This document shows positions 1-14,534 of a DNA stretch of 64,000 nt, in pieces; within the stretch, counting starts at the first letter, position 1, and every line of letters begins with the position of its first letter. The notes below the pieces were generated by a model, which made no database searches, was not told the origin of the DNA, and was given only the letters and a program-made list of their open reading frames with translations. Where the stretch lies: NCBI GenBank assembly GCA_951406725.2, contig OX597823.1:61504001-61568000 (forward strand), in the 5' to 3' direction. The translations under genes were made by a program, and so were the position numbers. The stretch comes from Octopus vulgaris. Lineage: Eukaryota.

Positions 1-5
1 TATCC

Positions 6-57
<52 letters not shown>

Positions 58-59
<2 letters not shown>

Positions 60-466
60 GAGTGGCTGTGTGGTAAGAAGCTTGCTTCCCAACCACATGG
101 TTCCAGGTTCAGTTCCACTGCAAAGCACCTTAGACAAGTGTCTTCTACTACAGCCTCAGGCCAACCAAAACCTCGTATGTGGATTTGGTTGACAGAAACT
201 GAAAGAAGCCTGCCATGTATATATATGTATATATATGTATGTATATGTATATGTTTGTGTGTCTGTGTTTGTTCACCCCCACCGTCACTCAACAAACGAT
301 GTTGGTGTGTTTACATTCCCATAACTTAGTGGTTCAGCAATAGGGACCAATGGAATAAGTACTGAGCTTACAAAGAATAAATCCTGGGGTTGATTTCTTT
401 GACTAAAGGCAGTGCTCCACCATGGCCACAGTCAAATAACTGAAACAAGTAAAAGAATAAAAGAAT
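58..466 (+). mobile_element. SINE family A (tRNA-like head, CORE-like motif, internal microsatellite), full length
   Basis: Head GTGGCTGTGTGGTAAG...GGTTCAGT, CCTT(G)G(G)CAAGTGTCTTCTAC motif, internal (TA/TG)n, 3' end GACTGAAACAAGTAAAAGA; about 20 related copies in the window. Confidence 0.85.
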
Positions 467-528
467 GCATATATACATATATCTGATTTTTCCCTGTAAG
501 TTTGGATTTATTCCCTAATATTTTATTA

Positions 529-595
<67 letters not shown>

Positions 596-880
596 ATGTG
601 TATGTATATACGTATATATGTATATTTATATATACCTACAAGAAACGCACATACACATACACACCCTGTTCAAGTAGCATAGACACCAACACACACTCTC
701 ATATACACACAAAAAAGAAATACATTTAAACAAATATACAGCATAACACACACACACACAAATATAGCGTACTATACACATGTAAACAAAGCACCACGTT
801 AAACAACTACGCAAAAACATACTCATAGACAAAGGCACATACACATGCATGTGCTCACACACACACAACACATACATACA

Positions 881-1398
881 CATGCAGGCACTCCCCACCA
901 CCACATACACATATACATACACACACATGTACGTACACAGGCATACATGTACACACAAGTACATATATTTATATGCGCACATATACACACGCATGTACAC
1001 ACAAGTAAACATACATACAAGCACACAAACGCACACATACACACACACACACACACTCATGTACATACATGCAAAATATAGACTACACCAAAACATATTA
1101 ATACACATGAACACAAATGCACAGAGATATATACACACACACACACACTTAGACATGCACATGCAGGCACTCCCCACCACCACATACACATATACATACA
1201 CACACATGTACGTACACACGCACACACATACACACATACATGTACACACAAGTAAACATACATACAAACACACAAACGCACACATACACACACACACACA
1301 CTCATGTACATACATGCAAAATATAGACTACATCAAAACATTAATACACATGAACACAAATGCACAGAGATATATACACACACACACACACTTAGACA
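881..1398. repeat. Degenerate CA-rich tandem duplication (two units of about 240-280 bp)
   Basis: CATGCAGGCACTCCCCACCACCAC...GCAAAATATAGACTACA...CACTTAGACA occurs at ~881-1155 and ~1160-1398. Confidence 0.8.
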
Positions 1399-1543
1399 CA
1401 CACACACATACACACATACACACACACATACATACACACACATACACATACACGCACACACACTCATATACATACATGCAAAACATAGACTATAGATACA
1501 CATAAATACAAATGCATATAGATACACACGTACACACACACAC

Positions 1544-1585
<42 letters not shown>

Positions 1586-1786
1586 TAAACCAGCTAGAGG
1601 ATAGTAAGTACATTCAGTAGTGTAAGACTAATTGATTTTTTTCAAGACTAAATGAACAAATTAGTAAGTTCTTCCTGCGTTTACACTGTTCCATTGTTAT
1701 TGTCTCTATGGTCTACCATAGTTTGTATTACCTTATCAAACTTAAACAAACTTGTGTGTGTGCATGTGCACATGTTTGTGTGTGTT

Positions 1787-1934
1787 TGTGTGTGGTGAGA
1801 AGCTTGCTTCCTAACCACATGACTCCGGATTCAGTCCCACTGCATGGCACCTGGAGCAAGTGTTTTGTACTATTGTCTTGGGACAACCAAAGTCTTGTGA
1901 GAGCGTTCGATAGACTGAAACTAGAAGCCCATCA
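1787..1934 (+). mobile_element. SINE family A, 5' half
   Basis: Diverged match to the family A head. Confidence 0.75.
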
Positions 1935-3279
1935 TATATATATATATGTATGTATGTATATAACTATGTGTATGTTGTTGTGTCTATATTGTGGAAGTCC
2001 TTCAAATCTTCATGGATATCTTATGCACTCACACATGTAAGAATCAGCCAATTAGCCTCAATGAGGCAGAAACTGCTCTATGGTCACGTTCAGAGTCAAA
2101 GCACAGCCAAGTTTAGGTGCTTTCTGAAGATAGATATCCCATGCCAATATTCATAGCTACGAATGTCATGTACAGTGGAAAAACTCTGTGATCAAATATA
2201 TGGGGCATCAGCTCAAACTGTTATCTCACCTCATCCTTGATTTAAAAGCAGTAATATACTTTTGCATTAAGCTTTGAGGAGGCAGCAGCTGACCGAGGGT
2301 ACAGAATTTTCTAACCTTGATGAAAAGTATTTTGGGAATGTAATGTGGAGGGAGATTCAGTTCTTTACTTTGGTCCATTTTCACTCTATTTATATTTGCT
2401 CCAACTTAGTTGTTTTCCCTACTTTTCCAGTTTTCAGTCTCCACCCTGAATATCACTGCATGAAAATGGATTATGCTACTCAGTGTAGTCTCTGGCCAGT
2501 TATATGCTGGAACAAGAAGAGAATCTTTGACTTCTTGGTTGTCACTGAACCTGCCATTCCTCCAGTGTTGGTGGCAGACATGTAAGTTAGAGCAATTCAA
2601 CTTGTTTCCATATCAGCCGTTGCCTGAGTTGCAGCAGGTGTCACTCTGGAAAACATGGCAGCACCAGCCTTGGTCTTCAGCACTGGAACCTGCGGAAATT
2701 GTTGCTTCTGCTGCTATCCTCTTCCCTTTTTTCATTCTACTTTCACTTTTAAGCAGAAGACCCTCAAGTAACTTTTACTATGATATTTAGCACAAAGTGA
2801 CTTTCCTGCCTTTCTAAAGTCTGAGTGCTTTTTTTCCTCATTATTTCAGTGAAGTACAGCTTCAAGAGGACCTTGTGTTCTTTGAGAATCAACTTGACCT
2901 GCATGTTGATACAGACATGACCCAAATATATATCATTGCAAACAGAGCCATCTCAGCAGAATTATAAGCCTCCTGGCAAACCAATGCATTAGTATTTATA
3001 GTATTTATTTATTGAGAGCAAGCCATGCATACATAAACCTAAATTGGGTCCCTAGACATGTGAGGCACCTGGGAAACTGCCCAGTGTGCCCTTGCCATAA
3101 GATGACACTGATTTCAGGCCTTTTCTGCACTCATCATATTCCCATGATGAAGTACAAAATTAACACGAAGACTTGGGTTGACAATATTTATAGCTATGAC
3201 TGTCATGTACAGTGGAAAATCTCTGAGATCAGGCACATGGGGCATCAGCTGTCATCTCACCTCATCCTTTGTTTAAAAA

Positions 3280-4001
3280 CGGTGATTCTCAACAATTTTT
3301 TGCTTATGGACCCCTTTGGTTTCTATTTTACTTGGATGGACCTTCAAAACCATTCAATGTTTAAAGGAATTTATATATCAGTGTCATCTTATGGCAAGGG
3401 CACACTAGGCAGTTTCCCAGGGGCCTCACATGTCTAGGGACCCAATTCAGGTCTATGTATGCAAGGCATGCTCTCAATATAGGGGTAGGAGTGGCTGTGT
3501 AGTAAGTAGCTTGCTTACGAACCGCATGGTTCCAGGTTCAGTCCCACTGTGTGGCACCAAGGGCATGTGTCTTCAACTATAGCCTCAGGCCGACCAAAGC
3601 CTTATGAGTGGATTTGGTTGATGGAAACTGAAAGAAGCCCGTCATATATATATATGTGTGTGTGTGATTGTGTGTCTGTGTTTGTCCCCCCAACATTGCT
3701 TGACAACCAATGCTGGTGTGTTTACATCCCCGTAACTTAGCGGTTTGGCAAAAGAGACCGATGGAATAAGTACTAGGCTAACAAAGATTAAGCCTTGGGG
3801 TCGATTTGTTCAACTAAAAGCGATTCTCCAGCATGGCCACAGTCAAATGACTGAAACAAGTAAAAGAGTAAAGGAGTAAAGAGAAATTGTTAATTATTTT
3901 GTGTATTGTAGAAATATGACCAGTTCATTGCACATAAATTCTAACAGCAAAATCTTCTAATGACCCCCAAGGACCATGTGGACACCGGTTGAGAATCATT
4001 G
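3280..4001. mobile_element. hAT (Charlie-like) MITE with nested insertions
   Basis: TIRs CGGTGATTCTCAAC / GTTGAGAATCATTG; near-identical 8-bp flanks TTTAAAAA/TTTTAAAA; related fragments at ~48905-49082 and ~54990-55625. Confidence 0.6.
3481..3883 (+). mobile_element. SINE family A, full length, nested in the hAT MITE
   Basis: Matches other family A copies end to end. Confidence 0.9.
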
Positions 4002-4295
4002 TTTTAAAAGCAATACAAACACTTTCACAAGTCCTGTGCTGGTTGATGGGACAGCAGGAAGACAATTATAATGAGATCTATAACTAATGAAAATGTCAAA
4101 TATTCAAGTGATAAACTAAATGTAATAAACTGATAATAAATCAAGGCTAATATATTTAAGTTAGATTAAAATTTATTATGTATGTATTTATACATTCATA
4201 TATAAAATCGTGCACACACACGCACAAACATGTATGTAAGCATATATGTATGTATGTGTGTATGTATATGCTACATGTGTCTCTATTTATGTATG

Positions 4296-4355
<60 letters not shown>

Positions 4356-5010
4356 TGTATGTATGTATATATATATATGTATGTATATGTATATATATGT
4401 ATGTATATAATTCAATGTTAGTATGAATACATATAGGTTTATGAATATATGTACATATATTAGTATATGCATATAAAACAGAATGTGCATTTGCACTCAT
4501 AAATTATATTAGCATAAATCACGCACATACACACACACACACACATCTAAACAAACATGTATGTATACAGATGTTTGTATATATTTATGCATTTGTGTGA
4601 GCGTGTGTGAGTGCGTATGCATGCTTTTGTATACATATGTGTATATATAAACGTGGGCGTGCATATAGATATGCGTGTACATATTATACTCTGTGATAAT
4701 TTGGGTATTTATCTAGGCATATATATTTTAATATGAATAAATATGCATATATTAATATATATTTGTGTGACAATTGTCTATATATATTCACAGGCATACA
4801 ACCTTAGGAAAATGTGTGTGTGTATGTTGTTAAATATATACATGCATACATACACACATACTCAGATACACATACAGCTATACATTTATGTATGTATATA
4901 AATATGTATATATATATATCTATATATATCTATCTATGTGTGTGTCTCTGTGTATATAATATATATGTGTGTGTATAGTATATATGTGTGTGTGTGTATA
5001 TATAGTGTGC

Positions 5011-5054
<44 letters not shown>

Positions 5055-5061
5055 TGCATAA

Positions 5062-5092
<31 letters not shown>

Positions 5093-5169
5093 CAGAGAGA
5101 GAGTGTGTGACGAAAGACATATCTATCTGTCTACATCTTTATATACATACATCCATATATATATATATG

Positions 5170-5240
<71 letters not shown>

Positions 5241-6011
5241 ATATGTATGTATGTATATATATTTATATATATATATATAAATATATAAATATATAAATAT
5301 ATATATATGCACAATATATGTGTGTGTGTGTGTGTGTGTGTACAGAAAGCAAGAAAGACATATCTATCTGTCTATCTATCTTCATATGCATATATATGAG
5401 TATATATACACACGCATACAAATATATATGTTTTCATATATATTTATATATATATCATATATCAGCGTTTGCGTGTCTTTGTCTCCATATAGATATGTGT
5501 GCGTGTGTATAAAACATCAATTATATTTTGACTTATTGTGTCTGGAAATAAACACAGAAAATGATGCCAGACATTAAATAAGCAAAATAAAAACAACAGA
5601 AACAGCAAAAAAAAAAAAAATTGGAATATAAAAATTAAAAAAAGAAACAATAAAACACAAAAATAAAACATAGAAATGCAGTCAAGGAAGGGGGAGGGGA
5701 GAGGCAGGAAGAAAAAGAGTTTGAAGAAGAAAAAAGTTTTTAGTTTGAGTAAAATGAAATGTAGAAAAGGATATTAGATTTTGTAATAAATTGGCATTTG
5801 AAAGGAAATTACACTGTATAGAATGGGAAGTTGGGTGAACGGAGAAAAAATAGAATTTTGATACCACAACTGTTGGATAACAAAAGACATGAACGAGACA
5901 AAAACAGGTAGAATTCTTGATTGAAGAAAATTTGTACAGCAATATTTTTGGATGTCAAAGGTGGCAAGTTGGCAAGTTGGCAGGGAAGAAAGAGGAAACA
6001 GAACTGAGATC

Positions 6012-6043
6012 ATGGCTGCTGCTGCTGGAGTTATGGCTATAAG
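6012..6043 (+). CDS. Candidate first coding exon (MAAAAGVMAI + phase-2 donor) of an unidentified gene
   Basis: ATCATGG strong Kozak context followed by the consensus donor AAG|GTAAGC; preceded by ~330 bp of unique purine-rich UTR-like sequence; no partner exon found. Confidence 0.35.
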
Positions 6044-7239
6044 GTAAGCTATATATAGACAGGAATAACCTATTTGTAAGGTTGTTGACATTATTGTTTA
6101 AGCCCCAAAGTTAGCCCTGTTTGAGCAGACCTATGATAAAAAATATTCCAGCTTTGACCATCAGCCAGGTGGCTATAATAGAAGACACTTGTCCAAGGTG
6201 TTGTGCACTGGAATTGAGATCAAAACCAGGGTGGTGTGAAGAGAATTTCTTTACCACACAGCCCTTTATGTTTTTGATGTGTTTTCAGATATTTTGTAAG
6301 TTTTAAATTACAATTTGACAAAATTTTACCCTGTAGCAAGACTAATTTCCTAATTGCAATGTTTTAGATTTAAATAATCTAAACTAGGCTCCATGTGTAA
6401 GTTTCTAATGATGGTCATGTGACCAGTCATGTGACACTGAAATACTTTGACAAGTCAGGTATTTTGATTGGTTTAGTTTTATGCAGGATATTAAGCTCAT
6501 ATCCAATTGCATTGCATAACAGACTGCCAAAAGCGGTAAATTAAAAATGTTCATCTGAGCCCCTTTTTGTTAATAAATAGCATGAAGATTTTCATTTTAA
6601 TTCAGATGGGAGAGGGGAGAGTTTGTTTCCAGGAAGCTATGTCACATTATTTTTCTTCCTGTAGAAGCACATGTAACCAAGTTCAACTGAGTTGAAAAGC
6701 CAATTATGTATGATTTTCTACAGACAACATTCTTCGCGATATATTAATCTGGTTTGCTGCATAATTTCATTTAGCAAGAAGAATAAAGTATTGCTGTTAA
6801 TTGAAAGTTCATTTCTGGTATTATTTTCCGCTGTTTCATATGCAATTCACGAGAAGCAAGAACTTGTATTAAGAGAGTCAGAGACACTTCCTTCCTACTA
6901 AAACCCAATTGGTGACAGAATCTTCACTCATAGATCAGAAGTTTCCTAATAGGCAAACGTTAGCTAACGTCTTCTCACAGACTGTGCTTTGTCTATAGAA
7001 AACACATATAATTCTCTCTTTAGACTAGTTTACATAGCTGGAAATTGGTAACACACAGTGAAATGGATTGCCACTGTAGCAGAAGGCTTCCTTTGATTTG
7101 AACTTACAAATCTTGGTTTAAAGTTAAATTTGCTTTCGATTAGCTTGACCATATTTGGTAATACTGAGCAGAACTCACAACAATACATTTTTGAACTTTA
7201 TCAAAATGCCTGTTGATATCTTTTGCAGCTAATTATTTT

Positions 7240-7388
7240 AGGTGTTGTGTGATTAGTACCTTGCTTACCAACCACATGGTTCTGGGTTCAGTCCCACTGT
7301 GTGGCACCTTGGGCAAGTATCTTCTACTATAGCCTCAGGCCAACCAAAGCCTTGTGAGTGGATTTGGTAGACAGAAGCTGAAAGAAGC

Positions 7389-7419
<31 letters not shown>

Positions 7420-7696
7420 GTTTGTGTGTGTGTGTGTTTGTGTGTATGCATATGTATATGTGGTGTATGTGTATGTATTTGTGTGTCTGTCTTTGTCCCT
7501 CTAACATCACTTGACAACCGATGCTGGTGCGTTTACATCCCTGTAACTTATTGGTTCAGCAAAAGAGACAGATAGAATAAGTACTAAGCTTACAAAGATT
7601 AAGTCCTTGGGTCAATTTGCTCGACTAAAGATGATGCTCCAGCATGGCTGCAGTCAAATGACTGAAACAAGTAAAAGAATAAAAGAATAAAAGAAT
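7240..7696 (+). mobile_element. SINE family A, full length
   Basis: Match to family A with (TAAAAGAA) tail. Confidence 0.9.
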
Positions 7697-7842
7697 TACA
7701 ATTGAGTGTTATTGAAAGCATTGATGACAGCATATTTTTTTCAACTTGGCATTACATCTTCTTTATCATCATTAAACACATGACATTGTCAAACTTCCAT
7801 TAATACTGATAAATGTTCTATCACTTTAACGTACTAAATTTA

Positions 7843-8408
7843 TTGGGTTGTCCGGAAAATTCGTGCCGATTTATAGTAGCTTACATTTCGACTTATTTTA
7901 GAACATGGTTGAGTCCATAAAATAGGATTTGAGTACACCTCCATTTAGAGCTCAGTTTATGCTATCTTTTCGTGGAAGAAGGTTTATGTTCCTATAACCT
8001 GTGTTAATTCTGTAACCCTTTAAAATGGAAGATAAGAAAGTTCATTTTCGGCACTTGATGCTTTGGGAACCAGACAAAAATTGCTGCAGCTCGGCTGGGA
8101 TGTGTTACTCCACCCTCCATATTCACCAGATATTGCTCATTCGGATTTCCACTTAATCAGGTCTCTGCAGAATAGTCTTAATGGTAAAAATTTCAATTCC
8201 TTGGATGACGTAAAAAGATACCTTGATGAATTCTTTGCCATGAAACCACCTCAATTCTGGGAAGAGGGTATTTTCAAGTTAAAGGAAAGATGGAGACACA
8301 TTGTGCAACAAAATGGCTCATATTTGGTTGACTAAAAATGTAATGGCAAATATTTATTGACCTTTTTCTTTCCTTTAAAAGTCGGCACGAACTTTCTGGA
8401 CAACCCAA
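7843..8408 (+). mobile_element. Internally deleted mariner (Tc1/mariner) element
   Basis: TIRs TTGGGTTGTCCGGAAAATTCGTGCCGA / TCGGCACGAACTTTCTGGACAACCCAA, TA on both sides; transposase N-terminus MEDKKVHFRHLML joined to a C-terminal part with HPPYSPDIAHSDFHL. Confidence 0.92.
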
Positions 8409-8429
8409 TAGAACCATATACCTTTACAT

Positions 8430-8635
8430 GCTGGGGCCACGTAAAAAGCACTCAAGTCAGTGCCATTTAAAAAGCACCCAGTAGACTCTGTAAAGTGATT
8501 GGCATTAAGATGGACATCAAGCCATAGAAACCATGACAAATCAGACAATTGGAGCCTGGTACAGCTCTTCAGCCGTCCAACTCCTGTCAAACCATGCCAA
8601 CAGGGAAAGCAGACGTTAACTGATGATGATGATGT
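8430..8635 (+). mobile_element. 3' end of the RTE LINE / RTE-tailed SINE, diverged
   Basis: GCCACGTAAAAAGCAC...GACGTTAAC-(TGA)n matches the 3' UTR of the LINE at 29850-30430. Confidence 0.75.
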
Positions 8636-9604
8636 AGAATTTGGTCCATGACTGCCTTATAAAACTAACCAGTGATTGAGTAGACTGTGTGTGCTGGGCT
8701 TTGGATCATTAGAGAGGAGATAACAACATGGTCATCAATTTTGATTATGTCATCATCACTCAAAGATCAGTCTACGATTTTTGTTAAAACAAAGTGTTGG
8801 ACTAAATTGTCAAGCAATATTTAGTCCCTTGTTTTTCTTTTTCTTTCTTTTTTTCTCTTTTTTTTTTTTTTTTGTAAGTTTGTAGCAATTCCATAGCTGA
8901 TGTTTGAACTGTAGCTCACAGATTTTTCCCAGCCTAAAACCATGAACTAATATGTTTCCATAAAAGAAAACATGTTGATCATTGAAGATATGAAAATATG
9001 TTACACCCATTTAGCACTGGCCAACTTTCTATGAACTGAAGCAGAAATTTTCAAAAGAAGTACACAAGGTTTGCCGCCAAACAGTTTGGTGGCTGAAGAT
9101 TCAAGAAGGATGGTTAACAGCTATAGAGAGAGACTAACAAATTCAACCTAACCAGAAAGCTGTTGAGCCATCTAAAGGAATCTATGCAGCATATCTCTTC
9201 GAGTTCCTCTCTCTCCTCTTTCACTTGCTTATCTCATAGTCAACAAAAGGCACTAACCTTTTCTTGTAGTGTCCAGTAACACATATTAATCATATGCAGT
9301 AATTAATTCTCTTGCCCTACCTTTATTACCTTATTCAACAAGTTATATATACAGAAGATTCCTAGCCATTATGTTCATTAAACATTGACCCATTAATTAA
9401 TTAAATGTACATTTGTAAATATGCTACAGGTTAATAAAATATTTGGAAACTTAGACCTTAGTGTGGTCATCATTTGCAACCTTCCTAACTTGCAAACAAA
9501 CTAAAAAGAATAGATGACTAACATGCACTAAAAGTCCAGATTCTGCAGAGATTGGCAGTGATTAAAAACACATTTTTGGTTTATAAGATTATGATTATTT
9601 CAGT

Positions 9605-10325
9605 TTTGGATTTGGTTTGCAAAATACTTTATGTGAGTTCGTGTGTTGAAGCATATTCTGTTGTGTCTGGGGAGAGTCAGTTTCTTTTTGTGACTTATAA
9701 TTCAACACACTCACCGGTAAAATTTCCATTTATTCCTTATTTTTATTTTCCTAAACTTTTTGTTGCATCTTGCAGCCTTTTCAATAGTCTTGACTATTTT
9801 TACCGGTGAGTGTGTTAAATTTTACTGGTGAGTGTTATTGTATGGGGCTGAGATATGGTGAACAACGGTTAAGTCAAATAAGCAAATACAATCATTCATC
9901 AAAAGATGCTTGCATAGTATACTTAAAATTAGATGGCCCGAACACATAAGCAATATGGAGCTATGGCAAAGAACAAATGAAGTTTCGATTAGGAAGCAAA
10001 TATTTAAGAAAAAGTGGAAGTGGATTGGTAGCACAATTAGAAAAGAAACACCAAATGTAGTGAAAAGTGCTTTACAGTGGAAACCAGATGGATATAGATG
10101 GAGAGGTAGGCCTAAGAACTCGTGGTAGAGATCAACACAAAAGGAACTAGAGAAAGGGTGACATTCATGGCAGAGTATAAGTGCAGAAGCCATAAATTAT
10201 GTGACATGGAATTCAATTATAAGTGGCCTATACTCCGCATTGGAGGGGTAAAAGCATAAAGAAGAAGAAAGAAGTATTAAATTATAAGGCACAAAAAGAA
10301 AATGACTCTCTCCCAACACAATAGA
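9605..10325. mobile_element. Palindromic repeat (same family as 50068-50400), split by a LINE fragment
   Basis: 9605-9820 and 10280-10325 match the two arms of 50068-50400. Confidence 0.7.
9822..10275 (+). pseudogene. RTE-clade LINE 3' fragment (C-terminus of the RT ORF)
   Basis: LLYGAEIW...ILKIRWPEHISNMELWQRT...KWKWIG...RGRPKNSW with in-frame stops; (GAA)n tail. Confidence 0.85.
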
Positions 10326-10381
10326 GAATTATGATTATTCACATTGATAACTTGGTGTCTTCAATATTTATGAACTAGAAT

Positions 10382-10820
10382 AGGGTGGCAAGTTGGCTGA
10401 ATCATTATGCTGGGTGAAATGCTTAGCAGCATTGTGTCCATTTTTACATTCTGAGTCCAAATTCTGCTGAGGTCAACTTTGCCTGTCATCCTTTCAGGGT
10501 CAATAAAATAAGTACCAGTTGTGCACTGGGGCTTGATGTGATTGACTTAGTCCTTTCTCTGAAACTGCTGGCCCTGTTCCAAAATTAAAATCAATATCTA
10601 TGAACCAGAAAAAGGATGTGAGCTGGCAGAATCGTTGGCATGTCAGCTTAGCAGCATTTTGTCTGTCTTTATCTTCTGAGTTTAAATTCTGTTAAGGTTG
10701 ACTTTGCCTTTCATCTTTTGGGGGTTAATAAAATAAGTACCAGTTGAGCACTGGAGTTGATGTAATCAATTTAACTCCTCCACCGAAGTTATTAACCTTG
10801 TGCCAAAATTTGAAACTTAT
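10382..10820 (+). mobile_element. SINE family B, two adjacent diverged copies
   Basis: GCTGGCAGAATCGTT...TTCTGAGTTCAAATTC...GACTTTGCCTTTCATC...AAGTACCAGTT motifs occur twice. Confidence 0.8.
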
Positions 10821-11159
10821 ATTTATGGACCAAGGTGCTTAGTGGTGGTTTCTGTTGATGAAAACTGTATTTAAAATTACTTAAGTTGGTATACCATTAT
10901 AAGAAGTTGACAATGTATTGAACAAAGTCATTCTTTAAGGAAGAGAAAATCTTTGTGAATCTTTTCTGCATAAGAGACAGGGCAATGCAAAAGTAGTGAG
11001 TTGGTAAACCATCAGACAAAATACCTTGAGGACTCTTTTACAGCTCTTTAGATTCTCAGTTTAAGTTTAGCTAAAGTTAACTTTACCTTTCATCTTTCCA
11101 GGATTGGCAAAAATTTGTGACCTTGTGCCTATCTATATTAGAAAGAATTATTATTACTT

Positions 11160-11780
11160 ATTCTTCTACATTGGGCCCAGTTAGAATTTTCTCCAGGTCT
11201 AGTAGCCCATTCCACTTGAAAGGTCACTGAATGAGGGTTGTTAACCCTTTCATTACCAACCCGGCTGAAACTGTCTCTGGCTCTGAGTACAAATGTCTTA
11301 TTTTCATAAGTTTTGAATTAAAATCTTCCACCAAACCTTAGTCACAATTTATGTTCCTAACACTAGCTTAATGATAACTAAGTTATTTTACTAAATTCTT
11401 TGTTATATTTAAAGTAATTCAAAGAAACACATAGCATTCAAAATAAATACAGTAACGAAAGGGTTAAAGGAGGATGAATGAAACACCTAAGTCTTCAGGT
11501 GTGAGTTATTCAAACCCCAAAGAATTCCTCTCAACATATAGCTATGATGCTCCCCAACTATTTCTGCTCGTGATCAGAAATACACATATTGTCAGCCACT
11601 AAGGAACATGCTCAACTTGTTAAGATCAAGCAACTGCCTAGCAAATCTGTGGCATTGAGCAGAATATTTACTGTAGCCCATCTTTTAAACCAAGACAAAA
11701 CAATGTACATGATGACACTCCAAATCAGTTAAGATCAGTTAACATCACTGCTTGGTATTGCATCAGTGCATCAGTGCATT
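11160..11780. mobile_element. Unclassified probable interspersed repeat bracketed by (ATT)n tracts
   Basis: Complex sequence flanked on both sides by ATT repeats and interrupted by a TTAA MITE; class not determined. Confidence 0.35.
11245..11463. mobile_element. piggyBac-type MITE
   Basis: TTAA duplication on both sides; TIRs CCCTTTCATTAC / GTAACGAAAGGG; second copy at 61039-61259. Confidence 0.88.
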
Positions 11781-11849
11781 TATTATTATTGTTGTTGTTG
11801 TTGCTGTTGTAGTAGTAGTAGTAGTTGTTTATTTTGTTGCTGCTGTTGC

Positions 11850-11888
<39 letters not shown>

Positions 11889-11893
11889 CATCA

Positions 11894-11927
<34 letters not shown>

Positions 11928-11953
11928 CATTATTATTATTATTATTATCATCA

Positions 11954-12023
<70 letters not shown>

Positions 12024-12052
12024 CATTATTATTATTATTATTATCATCATCC

Positions 12053-12087
<35 letters not shown>

Positions 12088-12118
12088 TATTATTATTATT
12101 ATCATCATTATATCATCA
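11780..12118. repeat. Compound (ATT/ATC/GTT)n trinucleotide microsatellite
   Basis: Read directly from the sequence. Confidence 0.95.
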
Positions 12119-12356
12119 AACCTGTGTCTTTGAGTTCAGCTTTGTCACATTCTTTGCAGTAATGTCTATCCATTCCCATCAGATCTTCCTTTAACATCAA
12201 TATAAGTATTTCTTTTTTCTCTTCTGTTTAGTGAAAACATGGTCCTTTGTAATCTGACACATACAGCAACACGGAATATCATAGTAATCTTTCCGCTATT
12301 ACAAACGCATACACATTTATGTAAACTCATATATCTATACTTATCTACATACATTC

Positions 12357-12403
<47 letters not shown>

Positions 12404-12508
12404 GTCTCTCTCTCTCTCTCTGTATATATATATGTGTGTTTATATAAATATGTCTATATATATATATATATATATATAAACACATATATATTTATATATG
12501 TGTGTATA

Positions 12509-12546
<38 letters not shown>

Positions 12547-12575
12547 TCTGTGTGTATGTGTGTATGTATGGTATG

Positions 12576-12618
<43 letters not shown>

Positions 12619-12665
12619 GTACATGTATATGTATATGTATATATATATATATGTATGTATATAGA

Positions 12666-12739
<74 letters not shown>

Positions 12740-13179
12740 AATGATGCATATGTATATATATTTACTCTCACACATATAAACACCCATGCACAAATATGCA
12801 ATAACAGTAGTCTTTGTATTTGAGTATCTTTATTTGTGTTCATGTCTGTGTGTATATAGGAATACAGACGTGCACATTTATTTATAGCTAGGTGGACTGA
12901 GCCATTGAAAGTTTAATGCCTTGTCCTTGTGTTCAAGCATTTCATGGCATCGGTACACAAACTGTTGATTGATCCTTTGATAAATAATCAATCCTTTATC
13001 TACCCATATAGCCATGATGCCATGTCTGCTAATAACACTCTGATGTTTACAGATGTATGTCATCTTAATGCAGAGCTATACTACTTTTAGCCCAGTCTGC
13101 TTTCAGAATCTATACAGTGCACACAAAAACACAGACATATACACATAGATACACACTTATGTAGTTGTATACAAGACTT

Positions 13180-13372
<193 letters not shown>

Positions 13373-13392
13373 TCAATATAAATATGCGTACC

Positions 13393-13433
<41 letters not shown>

Positions 13434-13436
13434 CTA

Positions 13437-13653
13437 TTTTTCATATTTTACTTGTTTCATTCATTTGACTATGGCCATGCTGGAGCACCATTGTTAGTCA
13501 AACAAATTGACCCCAGGACTTATTCTATCAGTCCCTTTTGCCAAACTGCTAAGTTACAGGGACATAAACACACCAACATCGGGCTGTCAAGTGATAGTGG
13601 AGAGACACACACTGACACACATAAATGCATACATACATACATACATACATACA

Positions 13654-13705
<52 letters not shown>

Positions 13706-13858
13706 CACACAATGGGCTTCTTTCAGTTTCCGTCTACCAAATCCACTCTCAAGGCTTTGGTCGGCCCAAGGCCATAACAGAAGAAAATTTGCCCAAAGTG
13801 TCATGCAGTGGGACTGAACCCAGAACCAGTTGGGAAGTAAGCTTCTTACCACACAGCC
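13437..13858 (-). mobile_element. SINE family A, full length
   Basis: Reverse-complement match to family A. Confidence 0.88.
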
Positions 13859-13919
13859 AATTGACAAACAGTGAAGTAGTCTTGGTTACTTTCTTTTTCT
13901 TTTAATACTTTTAAAAGAA

Positions 13920-14534
<615 letters not shown>

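Noticed and set aside
6605-6664. DGRGESLFPGSYVTL after an AG, resembling an SH3 C-terminal motif
   Set aside because: The rest of the domain is absent, the phase does not match the candidate upstream exon, and a short match can arise by chance
11725-12194. Poly-N/I/Y/L ORFs
   Set aside because: Translations of a trinucleotide microsatellite
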